From NCBI GenBank assembly GCA_964016885.1, contig OZ024742.1, positions 209,870,001-209,934,000 on the forward strand: a stretch of DNA of 64,000 nucleotides, in the 5' to 3' direction. Of this stretch, positions 1 through 14,829 are shown in pieces. Numbering within the stretch: position 1 is the stretch's first letter; each line of letters starts with the position of its first letter. Origin of the DNA: Eledone cirrhosa (lineage: Eukaryota). Position numbers and translations under genes: made by a program. The notes beneath the pieces were generated by a model, which saw only the letters and a list, made by a program, of their open reading frames with translations, made no database searches and was not told where the DNA came from.

Positions 1-203
1 AATTATTTTTAGTAAATAATTTTCATTTTGCCTCACGTCTTATCTGATGAAACGTTTTAGCGCAGAAAATTTCAAAAATAATTACTTCACTAATGCATTG
101 GAAAATATGTATACATACACATACAAAGTGAGAGAGAGAGTGAGAGAGAGAGACATAAACACTCAGATATATATATATATGTGCTCACACACACGTCTAT
201 ATA

Positions 204-254
<51 letters not shown>

Positions 255-668
255 GTGTGTTTAATGGTGGCTATGATGCTTCCATAGGCGGTATGCCAGT
301 TGAGCACTCTATGTTCTTACAGAGCAGAGTGTGATATAATATAAGACGAAAATTCAGTGATGCATCTGGACTCAATTTATTGTGTGTTACAATTGTTTCG
401 CTGGCAGACAGCTCGAGACACGATCATTGTATGGATCTGTTTGATTCTAGAACTGCAGGTTCGTCGGACACTTGCAATAATTTCGGAACAAATTTTTTCA
501 CTGTGGTTTTAGCTACAAAAGACATCTTCCTCGCTTGTCCTGCTGTTGGCTGTTGTTTTTCTACGTCATCATAAATTCTGGCCAATATTTGCTGCCATAC
601 TGCCCATCAGCTACTCTCAGTCCGACACACGTCAATGAATTCATGCTGGGTTTGGTATTTCACAAGTC

Positions 669-1206
669 ACTCACACACACATATACACACATATATACAT
701 ACACATACACACACACGCGCACATACATGTGTACATATATATATATACATACATATACATACACACACATGTACATATACACACCCATATACATATACAC
801 ACACACTCTCACATACACACACACACACGCCTACGACCATATAACTAACAAATGCGTCCACAGGTGCCTGCCTACATGCCCTCGTATATCAGCTCTCACA
901 CGCACGCACAGTCGCACGCACAGTCGCACGCACAGTCGCACGCACATACACGCACACGTACACAAGGACACACACATGCGTACATCTACTCATATACACA
1001 AATACGTACAGACATATACATATACAAAGACACGCACACGCACATACACACGCCTGTCCGTACAAAGAGGCACAAAGACAGACACACTTCCAAACACACA
1101 CATACACACACATACATATATATCTATAAATATATATATACATATGTGTATATGTACACACACATAAACGTACCCACCAGTAATCCCTTAGCCTGTTTTA
1201 GGTGCA

Positions 1207-1253
<47 letters not shown>

Positions 1254-1552
1254 GCTCTTATACATGCCAACAAATACGCGCCCAAATGCCTCCGTGCCCA
1301 CGTACATCTACAAAGATACATACACGCACACACATATCTCTGTCCGTACTCAAATATCATATACTCACAGTCATATAAATCTGCACAAAAGGTCATACAG
1401 GGTCATCCATGAAAGGATGCATCCTGTTATACATGCACGAGTATAAACAATGTAACCAAGTACATACATCCATACACATACATGCAAGCGTACATACACA
1501 CATATAAATAAATAAGTAAATAAATAGAAAAATAAAAAAATAAATAAAAGTG

Positions 1553-1589
<37 letters not shown>

Positions 1590-1870
1590 ATATACACATA
1601 CACATACACACACACATACATATACACACACATATATATATATACACACACACATACACACACAGACATACACACCCACATATATATGTACATACACACA
1701 CATACATACACATCAATAAAAAAAAACTACAATATACTAAAATACACATCTAACGTCATACATTAAATATGTATCTCGTACTAAACATGCACAGATAAAC
1801 ATTATAATCATATACATACATCCCTACACATTGACGTAACACACATATATATATGTATATATACGCACAG

Positions 1871-1911
<41 letters not shown>

Positions 1912-2052
1912 TATATACACATACGCTTACACATATACACACATATAAAAACAATAAAATAAATATACAGTATACAGTAAAATAAATATATAAAAAATAA
2001 ATATACAATACATCCATACACATTCACGTAACATAAATATACATATATATAT

Positions 2053-2106
<54 letters not shown>
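669..2106. repeat. Compound (CA)n/(TA)n microsatellite and low-complexity tract
   Basis: Directly visible dinucleotide runs; overlapping HT/YI/CV-rich ORFs are artefacts. Confidence 0.95.
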
Positions 2107-2109
<3 letters not shown>

Positions 2110-2246
2110 AAAGTTAAACAAGGTTCAATGAATAAATCAAAGAATGAGTTTTACAATAGATTGGAAGCACTCAACATATATGGTTTTCCAGAGTTATTAA
2201 TATTAATTCAAAATATTAACAAAATAGATATTCTTGTGATCAAGTA

Positions 2247-2313
2247 TATTTTATTATACATATTTCAGAGGTACTGAGTTAACTTTAACAGTTCGTCCTC
2301 ATCAGATAAAATA
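2247..2313 (-). ncRNA. Type I hammerhead ribozyme motif
   Basis: Minus strand: tattttat-CTGATGA-gga...tct-GAAA-tatgta-TA-ataaaata; 8-bp stem I, AUA triplet. Confidence 0.7.
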
Positions 2314-2593
2314 AGATGATGCATGACATACCCTGACATAGTAGATGGTTAAAATTCAGTCAGGGTAGTGAGTAATATATGACAAAACTCAATATTTATA
2401 TACCTTAATATTGAGAACATGAGAAAAGTATTTTTTAAGCTGTCTCACACGCACCCTCTCTATTGTATGTATTATATATTTTTCACATGTTCTCAATATT
2501 AAGGTATATAAATATTGAGTTTTGTCATATATTACTCACTACCCTGACTGAATCTTAACCATCTACTATGTCAGGGTATGTCATGCATCATCT

Positions 2594-2664
2594 TATTTTA
2601 TCTGATGAGGACGAACTGTTGAAGTTAACTCAGTACCTACCTCTGAAATATGTATAATAAAATA
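2594..2664 (+). ncRNA. Type I hammerhead ribozyme motif (mirror arm)
   Basis: tattttat CTGATGA ... GAAA tatgta TA ataaaata; 4-nt duplication within the stem II region relative to the other arm. Confidence 0.7.
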
Positions 2665-2704
2665 TACTTGATCACAAGAATATCTATTTTGTTAATATTT
2701 TGAA

Positions 2705-2711
<7 letters not shown>

Positions 2712-2790
<79 letters not shown>

Positions 2791-2832
2791 AATATATATA
2801 TATATTTATATATATATATTTATATATATATT

Positions 2833-2913
<81 letters not shown>

Positions 2914-2954
2914 ATATATTTACATATATATATATATTTATATATATATATATT

Positions 2955-3013
<59 letters not shown>

Positions 3014-3042
3014 TTATATATATATATATTTATATATATATT

Positions 3043-3073
<31 letters not shown>

Positions 3074-3086
3074 TTATATATATATT

Positions 3087-3117
<31 letters not shown>

Positions 3118-3118
3118 T

Positions 3119-3189
<71 letters not shown>

Positions 3190-3217
3190 TTATATATATA
3201 TATATATTTATATATAA
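2712..3217. repeat. (TA)n microsatellite with TTTA interruptions
   Basis: Direct inspection. Confidence 0.95.
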
Positions 3218-3410
3218 AATATTGTTTCTACTTTTGGCACAAGGCCAGTAATTATCCCAGTGCATTACTGGTACTTTATTTTATCGACCCCGTAAGGATG
3301 AAAGGCAAAGTTAACCTCGGCGGGATTTGAACTCAGATCATAAAGGGGCGTAACTCTATACGTGAAAGCATGGCGTCCGACCCTCTACCGATACTGCCAA
3401 TCGACCACCA
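3218..3410 (-). mobile_element. tRNA-derived SINE with Nin-type central domain
   Basis: Minus strand A-box-like TGGCAGTATCGG, B-box GAGTTCAAATCC and GCCTTTCATCCTTACGGGGTCGATAAAATAAAGTACCAG; several copies in the window. Confidence 0.85.
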
Positions 3411-3482
3411 TTTATATATAAAATATTAAAAAATAATGAATAAAACAAAGAAACAGTTCCTTATATTAAACAAAAAAAGTTC

Positions 3483-3619
3483 ATTATTTAACGATCGTTT
3501 CTAGGACATATATGTGTTAGAATTGGCATGCATATTCAAAAGATCTATGTACAAAATTATACAAACTATCAAGGAGAATATACATACCATCACATATATA
3601 TGCTGTCTTCAGAAATAAT
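3483..3619 (-). ncRNA. Hammerhead ribozyme with extended stem II (mirror arm)
   Basis: Near-exact reverse complement of 3626-3762. Confidence 0.65.
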
Positions 3620-3625
3620 CAGAAG

Positions 3626-3762
3626 ATTATTTCTGAAGACAGCATATATATGTGATGGTATGTATAATCTCCTTGATAGTTTGTATAATTTTGTACATAG
3701 ATCTTTTGAATATGCATGCCAATTCTAACATATATATGTCCTAGAAACGATCGTTAAATAAT
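3626..3762 (+). ncRNA. Hammerhead ribozyme with ~104-nt stem II domain
   Basis: attattt-CTGAAGA-[cagcatatatatgt...acatatatatgtccta]-GAAAC-GATC-GTT-aaataat; 7-bp stem I, palindromic stem III ACGATCGT. Confidence 0.7.
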
Positions 3763-4029
3763 GAACTTTTTTTGTTTAATATAAGGAACTGTTTCTTTGT
3801 TTTATTCATTATTTTTTTAATATTTTATCTTGACTCTGTATTCCGTTTATCTTTCACCGAAAGTGATTTTTGAATGCATCTCTTCTTTCCATGATATCCG
3901 GATTACATTGAGTTCTTCATACGGATTGGACACTACCGTAAACTTTTGGTAGATTTATCTACATATATTTATATATATATATATTTATATATATATATAT
4001 TTATATATATATTTATATATATATATATT

Positions 4030-4200
<171 letters not shown>

Positions 4201-4217
4201 ATATATACATATATATA

Positions 4218-5063
4218 TCCCAAACACTAAATTGGGATAATACTTAAGTATATCCTAATGTTTGTTGAGTGAGATGAAGTTGGTCAGAGTATCGCTAAAG
4301 GCTTTCTCTGTTTATGTATTGAATATATACTCTTGGGAGCATGATGGGGATTCCAGATATAAGGTATGACTCTTTATTATTATTATTTTTTATATGAAAT
4401 GCTGATTGATCTTCCTTATATCCCATGTCTGATTTAGCCTTAGAGAATAGCTATGTGTATATATGGGTGATCCATGCATATATTTATTATGTTTTAATAT
4501 CTCTGTGTGTGCATTGGTTGTGTATACATATGGTTATTCTTTCAAATTTCCAATTGAGTTCTTTTACACGTGGTTAATATCTAACAGGTTTAATTGTTTT
4601 ATTTTAAGATGACCTCCCCTTTACCCTTTTGGGGGCAGCGTGTATTTTTTCTTTGAGAGAACTGCTGGATTCTAATATACCACTCTCTTCTTAGCGCTGA
4701 GGGAGACCATCACCATTCTGTTAATGTCGATATAATTCTTATATCGTTATTGACTGGGCATCCACTGATGAGTTTATAAAAGCCCGCTTGTGTATAAAAC
4801 TATGGATTATATACAAGTTTCTACATAACCTGGAAATTATTTATCCCAAATTGTAGAAATCTTATAACGAAACGGCCGTCTGGAAGAAATGAGATATTTA
4901 TTTAATAATGTCTCATATAAAATAATACAACCAATTATCCACGAAATACTGATTAGTTAGCACCCCAAACAGTAAATTGGGATAATACTTAAGTATATCC
5001 TAATGTTTGTTGAGTGATATGGGAGTTGGTCGGAGTATCGCTAAAAGCTTTCTCTGTTTATAT

Positions 5064-5070
<7 letters not shown>
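4218..5070 (+). mobile_element. Non-autonomous Penelope-like element with ~110-bp direct terminal repeat, in (TA)n
   Basis: 4218-4328 is repeated at ~4963-5070; internal hammerhead; no ORF; (TA)n on both sides. Confidence 0.75.
4761..4884 (+). ncRNA. Hammerhead ribozyme with branched ~97-nt stem II
   Basis: tcca-CTGATGA-gtttataa...ttataac-GAAAC-GGCC-GTC-tgga; GUC triplet; palindromic stem III. Confidence 0.8.
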
Positions 5071-5124
<54 letters not shown>

Positions 5125-5281
5125 AGGAGGTGAGTTTTATTGTAGTACAATAAAGCAATGCAGATATCGGATAGTAGCACTCTACGGGTTATAATTTATA
5201 CTCGTTGAGCAAACCTACACGTACGCTGTTCATCTCTAACGTGACGATATATTATCACTACATTATTGATAACCTGAAATT

Positions 5282-6573
<1,292 letters not shown>

Positions 6574-7110
6574 TGAGTTCTTAGCAATTGAGTGCTTAGC
6601 ACGTGGCCTGAATTCCTTTCAGAATTCAGTGTCATGCGCATGTATTGTTTTTTTGGCGGTTATTTACTTCCTCGTTTTTTTAATCAGTTTGAGCACTTCT
6701 TTAAAACTGCTGGACTGGCAACCTGACAGATACCTCAGGCACAGAGGATGATGATTATCGCTATATACTGATGTTGGTTAGATTATCAATATTAGTATTA
6801 TTGGGGCACCCACTGATGAATTATAGGAGCCCACTTGAATATATATCTATTGATGATATACAAGCTCCTACATAAATTGGTATAATTTCACCCAAATTGT
6901 AGGAATCCTATAATGAAACGAGACGTCCGTCTGGGAAGAGATATATTAGATATGTCTCATATGAAATAATACAGCCAATTGTCCACGCAATACTTTTAGT
7001 TAGCACCCCGAACACATAATTGGGAATATAATCACTTATTTCCTAATGTTTGTTGAGTGAGTTGGAATTTGGCCGGAGTATCGCTAAAAAGCTTTCTCCT
7101 ATATTGTATT
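6574..7110 (+). mobile_element. Diverged, 5'-shorter copy of the 4218-5070 element
   Basis: Colinear similarity (gttagcacccc, cctaatgtttgttgagtga, gagtatcgctaaaa); flanked by (TA)n. Confidence 0.8.
6809..6935 (+). ncRNA. Hammerhead ribozyme with branched ~95-nt stem II
   Basis: ccca-CTGATGA-attatagga...tcctataat-GAAAC-gagacgtcc-GTC-tggg; 9-bp perfect stem II base. Confidence 0.8.
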
Positions 7111-7156
7111 TATTTATATATATATATATATATATGTATGTATATATATATATATA

Positions 7157-7761
7157 TGGTGGCTGCCAACTCGTTTTCGAGTACGGCCACTACTTTATAT
7201 CCATGTAGGAGAACCCCTACCGATGCGCTGAACGAGTGTGACTTTTTAGTCCAGCCAGCGACTTGAAAACTCTGGTACAAACACTACACTTGTGACAATT
7301 ATTGACACATAGTGCTAGGCCCATGGTACCATGTAACGACAAGTGCAGAGAGATCTCCAGATATAAAGCTGTGCCGTGAAGCTTTTATAGTGAGCAAAGG
7401 CACTGCACAAAGCCAGTCCCACTCTCTTAACCAAGATGATATTTACCAAAAAGAATAACAAGTCAACATCATTGGATACCATCAGGGTTGCAGGTGTTAT
7501 ATCAGAGTTTTCCTTCTCCTAGAATTCTGCCTTGACAAAAGCTAAGGGGTCATCTCTCCCGGTGATTTTGGATGGTCATTGACTCTTAAGAGCTCCTTTG
7601 CTCTTTGACAGGTTTTGCTTTTAGTCCTGCAAGATGTCCAAAGTCACCCTCCTCACCAAGAAACCTTGGTGGGGTTGCCAGTTTAGTCGCCAACGACCCG
7701 ACCATGAGACAGGTTGTACTGGGATACATGTTACCAGTAGCACCAACTGGTGACCTGACAT
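7157..7761 (-). mobile_element. RTE-like LINE derivative (internally deleted)
   Basis: Near-identical to 52850-53259 and 63939-64000; the family encodes a C-terminal zinc-finger-like tail VCARVFKSLAGLKSHTRSAH. Confidence 0.65.
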
Positions 7762-7789
7762 AATATATATATATATATATATATACATG

Positions 7790-7916
<127 letters not shown>

Positions 7917-7988
7917 GTAGGTCCCGGGTTGAGTCGGGGATAACCACAGTAAGTAAGGTACTCAATACATGGCAGAGTAAAATTTTTT

Positions 7989-8098
7989 TATTTTATAGAA
8001 GGAGCTTCTACAGGACTAGTACTGTTTCATTCAGATGAAAGCTTCCTGAAGATTTCATCTGAATGAAACAGTACTAGTCCTGTAGAAGCTCCTTCTAT

Positions 8099-8104
<6 letters not shown>
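7989..8104. repeat. 52-bp-arm hairpin containing a hammerhead core (8046-8079, + strand)
   Basis: Perfect inverted repeat; CTGAAGA-tttcatctgaat-GAAAC-agtacta-GTC, with the 5' strand of stem I lost at the inversion point. Confidence 0.7.
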
Positions 8105-8138
<34 letters not shown>

Positions 8139-8443
8139 TATATATAGATATATATAGATATATATAGATATATATAGATATATAGATATATATATATATA
8201 TGTAGAAGTTCTATTTAAATTGTTAGGATACAACAAGCAAATATTTTTATAACTGATATAAAGCACTCAACAAATTATTGGAGTAAAAATACGATATATT
8301 AATAAATGGAAACTATATTTATAAAACCATATTTATTTCATTATAATTATTTCAAGGACACCAAGTTAAATTATGGTGTGCTTTCATGAGATAAAATATA
8401 ATATAGATCAGTTTTATAAATAAATATTGACATACCCTTAAAG

Positions 8444-8510
8444 AATGCGACCATTTCTGTTGGAAGCTCCCGGATAGGACTATCCGGGAGCTTCCAACAG
8501 AAATGGTCGC

Positions 8511-8513
<3 letters not shown>
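8444..8513. repeat. Perfect 34-bp-arm hairpin adjoining (TA)n
   Basis: aatgcgaccatttctgttggaagctcccggatag-ga-ctatccgggagcttccaacagaaatggtcgcatt. Confidence 0.9.
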
Positions 8514-8558
<45 letters not shown>

Positions 8559-8577
8559 ATGTACGTGTGTATGTATG

Positions 8578-8611
<34 letters not shown>

Positions 8612-8702
8612 TGTATGTATGTATGTATGTATGTATGTATGTATGCATATATATATACTTCGTTTTTGAATTTGTATTGCAAGATTTCTTATCTAAAAGC
8701 GT

Positions 8703-10134
8703 GTGTTAAAACAGATATTGTTATACCTATTGTATAGCAAATGCAACCTGTCTAGGCACCTAACAGGTTTTACAATAGGTAGCATGGATATAGTGTCTCT
8801 ATACCCATCCATCGACGTTGATTTTGCAGTGGAAAAATGCGTAGAAATGATTAGCGAGATGAATGAGGAATTCCGTGGATTTGATACAGTGAGCTGGGAC
8901 TCTTACTTATATTCACACACAATAAGGATTATATAGACACATGACCTCACCACATGCCCAACAAGGCCAGAAAGGGACAGGCCACCCACCATTACATCAA
9001 TGGCCAAGAATACCCACACAGAAAGATAGCGCAGGAGGACCAGATCTATACGGACTCCCAAAAACCACGATGAATTAAAGAAGATGATCGCACATGCGGT
9101 GTGGGCCAGTTTAAAACTAGCCCTTAAGGAACATATGTTCAAGTTCAATGGCAAAACATATGTCCAAGAGGGGGATGCAGCCATTGGCGTTAGCATTGCA
9201 GGTGACATAACTAACCTCTTTATGATGTGGTGGAAGAAAATTTAAAAAACAATTAGACGACAATTTTATAACCCTGACTATGTACTCCCGCTACGTAGAT
9301 GACATAAACATAGTAGTAAAAACACCCCCACAGGAGAACAGTCAGGAATTAGAGAAGAACACCATGGAAAGCATCCAGCAAATAGCTAACTCCATCCACC
9401 AGAGTATTAAAGTTACCACAGGATACCCAAATAAACACCCCAACCATACATTACTCCTACTAGACACAGAACTCTGGTTGAAAACTATTAGTAATAGGAC
9501 GCAAATCCTCCATTCCCATTATGCCAAACCCATGACCTCCAAGTACCTAATCCACCGAAACCCAGCTGTTTCGGACCACATGAAAATCAATATACTGATT
9601 GCGAACTTAGTAAGAGTTATGAGGAACCTGTCCCGCGTGTGCAACCCCAAATAATTAAAGAGACACATACAACACTTCATGCAGTTCTCTGGTTACAAGC
9701 AGAGAGACAAGATCAAGGTATATAAAGAAGCCAGGACTAAATGAGCAAAGATTGTAAAAAATGATGCAAATGGAACTTGCCCCATGTATAGGAGCAAATT
9801 TTGGAAGAGAATAGAAAGGATTAGGAATAAGGCAAATAAAATAAGCGCATGGCATGATAGCAATAAATACTATAGTGTAATGTTCGTCAATACAACACCT
9901 AAAGGCGAACTAGCTTATAGATTTAGAAGGGCCCTAGACAAGCTAAAATTAAATATTAAGATAGTTGAAAGACCAGGTATTCCCATAAAAACCCTAATTA
10001 GCAAAACATATCCATTTCAAAGAACCCCCTGCACTGACAGGAAATGCATAGTCTGCAAGCTCAGCCCGCAAACTAACTGCAAAACTAGAAAAGTAAAACA
10101 TGAGTGGAATAGCAACATCACAACTAGTAATTAA
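8703..10134 (+). pseudogene. Decayed Penelope-like reverse transcriptase (GIY-YIG part missing)
   Basis: GSMDIVSLYPSID, YSRYVDDI, LLDTELW, HYAKPMTS thumb and CTDRKCIVC knuckle, spread over frameshifted ORFs. Confidence 0.88.
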
Positions 10135-10482
10135 GGACAAAATGAAGACATACAGACACACACAAAAACCAAACAAAACAAATCAGACACAAACAGATAG
10201 AAAAACCAACTAGTGACAAGTAAATAAACACATAAATAAATAAATAGACACACACACACTCGGATGTAACGCATGCGCAAACTAAGCACGCAACAAACAA
10301 CACACAAAACTAAGATGGTGTATGACAGAACAAAGGAGAGACACAAAATAAAATAAAAACAGTTTGGTTTAATAACCGGATGGTTGTATATTTGTTTATT
10401 GTCACACATTCTGTGACCTCCTCAGTGACTAATTTGATATTTTTTGTCTCTCCTTTGTTCTTTCCTACACCATCGTGTAGGA

Positions 10483-10770
10483 AATATCTTCGTTTATATA
10501 GTATTTGCGTTGGGACAGTTTAGAGAGAGAAAGATGGAGTGCGTCTGATCGACCTCAAACCTTCTCGAGAACGGAAGAATATCTTTCCCCCTCTTCCTCC
10601 CACTGTTACCTTCATCCTTCACTTCTCCCCCTTCTACAGGCCAACTCTACTTGCAACGCCAATATTCTTCCTTTCTCGCAAAGACTTGAGGTAGATCAGA
10701 CGCACTCCATCTTTCTCTCTGTCTCTCTCTTTCTCTCTCTCTCTCTCGCTCTCTCTCGCTCTCTCTCTCC

Positions 10771-10852
<82 letters not shown>

Positions 10853-10891
10853 ACCTGTCCCAACGCAAAAACTATATGAACGAAGATATTT
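10483..10891. repeat. Imperfect inverted-repeat element (~100-bp arms) with a (CT)n expansion in the right arm
   Basis: aaatatcttcgtt...gcgttgggacag...gatggagtgcgtctgatc vs gatcagacgcactccatc...ctgtcccaacgc...aacgaagatattt. Confidence 0.7.
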
Positions 10892-11068
10892 ACTTCTCCG
10901 TTACAAGCCTCCTATCCCCTGCAGAAATCTCATTAATTCGTCGAAACTGCTAGAGGTTGAAATGCGATGAGCACATTCTAACGTTTGTGACCTGTTCGCT
11001 TTCATGCATTCTTTTTTTTCTTCTTTTCCTCCATCCTATCTTCTCTTCCTTCCTTCAAGTCAACTCAC

Positions 11069-11159
11069 ATCGAGCCTTCGAAGTAATATTTTATCCGACG
11101 CCGATTCAACGGTATTTTGCTGTTCTAACAGCTTCCGTGCGCCGAGTTTTCCCATTTTC
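11069..11159 (-). CDS. Candidate internal exon of an unidentified host gene
   Basis: Minus strand tattttcag|GAAAATG...CTCGAT|gtgagt; 91 nt, open frame [30 protein letters not shown]; no recognised homology. Confidence 0.35.
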
Positions 11160-11167
11160 CTGAAAAT

Positions 11168-11198
<31 letters not shown>

Positions 11199-11199
11199 A

Positions 11200-11301
<102 letters not shown>

Positions 11302-11352
11302 ATATATATATAAATATATATATATAAACATATATATTATAAACATATATAA

Positions 11353-11393
<41 letters not shown>

Positions 11394-11471
11394 TATATAA
11401 ACATATATATATAAATATATATATATAAACATATATATTATAAACATATATAAATATATATATATATATAC

Positions 11472-11533
<62 letters not shown>

Positions 11534-11537
<4 letters not shown>

Positions 11538-11668
11538 AAAAAGAGATGAAATCGAAAATGCAACTGGAGTCTTATTTTTTTTTTAAATATATATATTTAT
11601 TTGGTTCCTATATATTTTTTAAAAAAATAAGACTCCAGTTGCATTTTCGATTTCATCTCTTTTTCTTT
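11534..11668. repeat. Fold-back (~60-bp arms) between (TA)n tracts
   Basis: aagagatgaaatcgaaaatgcaactggagtcttatttt / aaaataagactccagttgcattttcgatttcatctctt. Confidence 0.85.
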
Positions 11669-11726
11669 AAACTTTCACTCGTGTAGGACACCTCGGTTAT
11701 TTTTCATTTTGTAAAAAAAACCTCAC

Positions 11727-11811
<85 letters not shown>

Positions 11812-11865
11812 TAAAAAAATAATGAATAAAACAATGAAACAGTTCCTTATATTAAACAAAAAAAG

Positions 11866-12020
11866 TTCATTATTTAACGATCGTTTCTAGGATATATATG
11901 TGTTAGAATTGGCATGCATATTCAACGGATCTATGTACAAAATTATACAAAATTATACAAACTATCAAAATTAAATATACATACCAAACACATATATATG
12001 CCGTCTTCAGAAATAATGAA
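11866..12020 (-). ncRNA. Hammerhead ribozyme with extended stem II
   Basis: ttcattattt-CTGAAGA-cggcatatatatgtgtt...aacacatatatatccta-GAAAC-GATC-GTT-aaataatgaa; 10-bp stem I, 13-bp helix in stem II. Confidence 0.75.
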
Positions 12021-12289
12021 ATATATTTATTGATAATAACAACAATTCAAAATTTCAGGTCTGTTTGGGAACAGAATTCAAATTGACCAATGAAAATACA
12101 AAATACAAAAAGTTTATGCAGTTAGGTGTGTGTATATACATGTAATTAATTTCGTTCACAGATATGCATAAAGATATGTGTTCACATGCATACGCATGCC
12201 AAAAAGATGTATGTAAATACAAAAATTCAAGGCTATTGTCTCTGTAAGTTTATAATCTACAGATAAAATGCGTATAGATACATAATTAT

Positions 12290-12675
12290 AAAATAAATAT
12301 ATACACACATTCATATACTCACACATATTCGTACACTCACACACACACGCGCGTATACGCATAAACATACACATAACTACGAACATACATACACACATAC
12401 ACCCCCACACACATATATATGTGTATATACTATTATCATAAGCATATGGACATTAATGCACGCACATAAACACTGCCACACATATCTAGATCCAGATACA
12501 GAAATTAGGTGGGGGGGAGAGGTCAGTATTCAACGGTGTCAGCAGACTGCCTATTTATAAATGTATCTATAAGCTTAGAAATAAAAAGAAAAGAAAAAGA
12601 AAAAAGAAATATATCAAGAAAATATATATATATATACACACATACACACACACACACACACACATATACATATAC

Positions 12676-12706
<31 letters not shown>

Positions 12707-13063
12707 TACACACATATATACATATATATATACACACACATATATACACATACATACACACACATATATATATACAAACAAGTAAAATATAAAATATACA
12801 TCAATATACATACATATACACATATATATATATACACACACACATACACACACATACATATACATACATATACATACACATATATACAAACACATACATA
12901 CACATACATATACATACAGATACCATATAAATACACATACACATACACACACGCATACATATAGAGACACATATATATACACATATAAATACATAGACAT
13001 ATACACACATACACACACACATATATATATATATATATTTTTACACTCATATACACATACACG

Positions 13064-13108
<45 letters not shown>

Positions 13109-13279
13109 TCACAACACACGTATATATATATACACACACACACATATATATAAATATATACATATATATATATACACATATATACATATATATATATATA
13201 TATATACACAGACACATCTACACACATATATATATATAAACATACTCATATATATACACACAAACACATACATACCCAC

Positions 13280-13323
<44 letters not shown>

Positions 13324-13333
13324 GCATACACAT

Positions 13334-13400
<67 letters not shown>

Positions 13401-13965
13401 TACATATATATATATATATACATACATATACACACGCATACACATATACACACACACACATACACACACATACACATACACATATATAAAGATATATATA
13501 CACACACACACACATATAATAAATATACATATATATATATACACATATATATACATATATATACATATATATACATATATATATATATATATACATACAC
13601 ATACATATATACACACATACATACATACATACACACATACATACACACACATACATACTCATACATAGACATAGATATATACTCACACACACATACACAC
13701 TTACATATACGCATATATACAAATACATACACATCCATATATGCGTATATACATACAAACACCACTACACGCTCACACAACTCAGACATACAAAGAAAAA
13801 GGTATATACATACATATATATACATATATAAATAGAGATACATATACATATATAAATATATACACACGTACACACATAAACACACATACATACACATACA
13901 TACACACATACATATATATATATATACACAAACACACACATATACATATATATATATATATATAT

Positions 13966-14004
<39 letters not shown>

Positions 14005-14258
14005 CACATACACACATATATATACACACACACATACATACATCCATACATACATACACATACACATACATATATATAAAAAAATAAAGAAATAAGATAA
14101 ATAAAAAAATAAATAAATTAATACACACAGTCAGACAAAAATGCACGCACATACATATACATATATATATATATACACACAACCATATACACACACATAT
14201 ACATATACATACATATACATACACATACATATACATATAAATACATATACACACATCA

Positions 14259-14336
<78 letters not shown>

Positions 14337-14581
14337 TATATATATATATATATTATAATAATAAATAATATATATATATATATATACATAAATACACATA
14401 CATACACATACTCACATATATATGCGCACATACGTACACATATACACATACACACATATATACACATAGACATATACATGTGCATACATGTACGTACACA
14501 CATATACCCACATAGATACATAGATACACATATATATAGAGACATACATATACACACACATATATACACACACATATACAC

Positions 14582-14626
<45 letters not shown>

Positions 14627-14730
14627 TTCATACACCCTTATTTGCATGCGCATATATGTATTTTTATACTCACATATAAACACCCAAACATACATACCTA
14701 CCTACATATACATACATACATCCACGCTTA
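12290..14730. repeat. Compound (CA)/(TA)/(TACA) microsatellite region
   Basis: Direct inspection. Confidence 0.95.
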
Positions 14731-14829
14731 CAAATACAAATAATAATAGTAGGGGGGGAAGGGGATTATAGTAAATATATGTTTCAAGAAACATAGAATA
14801 TTAATCTGCATTTAGATCATAATATGTGT

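Larger units (their letters stand above)
2107..2711. mobile_element. Non-coding Penelope pLTR-like fold-back element flanked by (TA)n
   Basis: Inverted repeat 2200-~2430 / ~2478-2711; each arm carries a hammerhead motif; single-arm homolog at ~42541-42900. Confidence 0.75.
3418..3828. repeat. Near-perfect palindrome (~200-bp arms, 4-nt loop) of a hammerhead-bearing element
   Basis: Centre ...cttcagaaataatc-agaa-gattatttctgaag...; single-arm copy at 11803-12020. Confidence 0.9.

Noticed and set aside
36-75. Hammerhead at CTGATGA (44)
   Set aside because: No local stem I, II or III pairing around the following GAAA.
3218-3410. tRNA gene
   Set aside because: A/B boxes are present but no cloverleaf is evident; it is a multi-copy SINE head.
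7676-7760. HDV-like ribozyme at the 5' end of the RTE derivative
   Set aside because: P2 (ccagt/actgg), a P4-like hairpin and CTAA are suggestive, but convincing P1 and P3 helices could not be drawn.
8318-8421. Long-stem-II hammerhead on the minus strand
   Set aside because: Stem-like pairings exist, but the core reads CTGATCT and the triplet AUG; at best a dead relic.
10385-10430. Hammerhead (CTGAGGA-ggtcaca...tgtgac) on the minus strand
   Set aside because: GAAA is missing and no stem I or III can be drawn.
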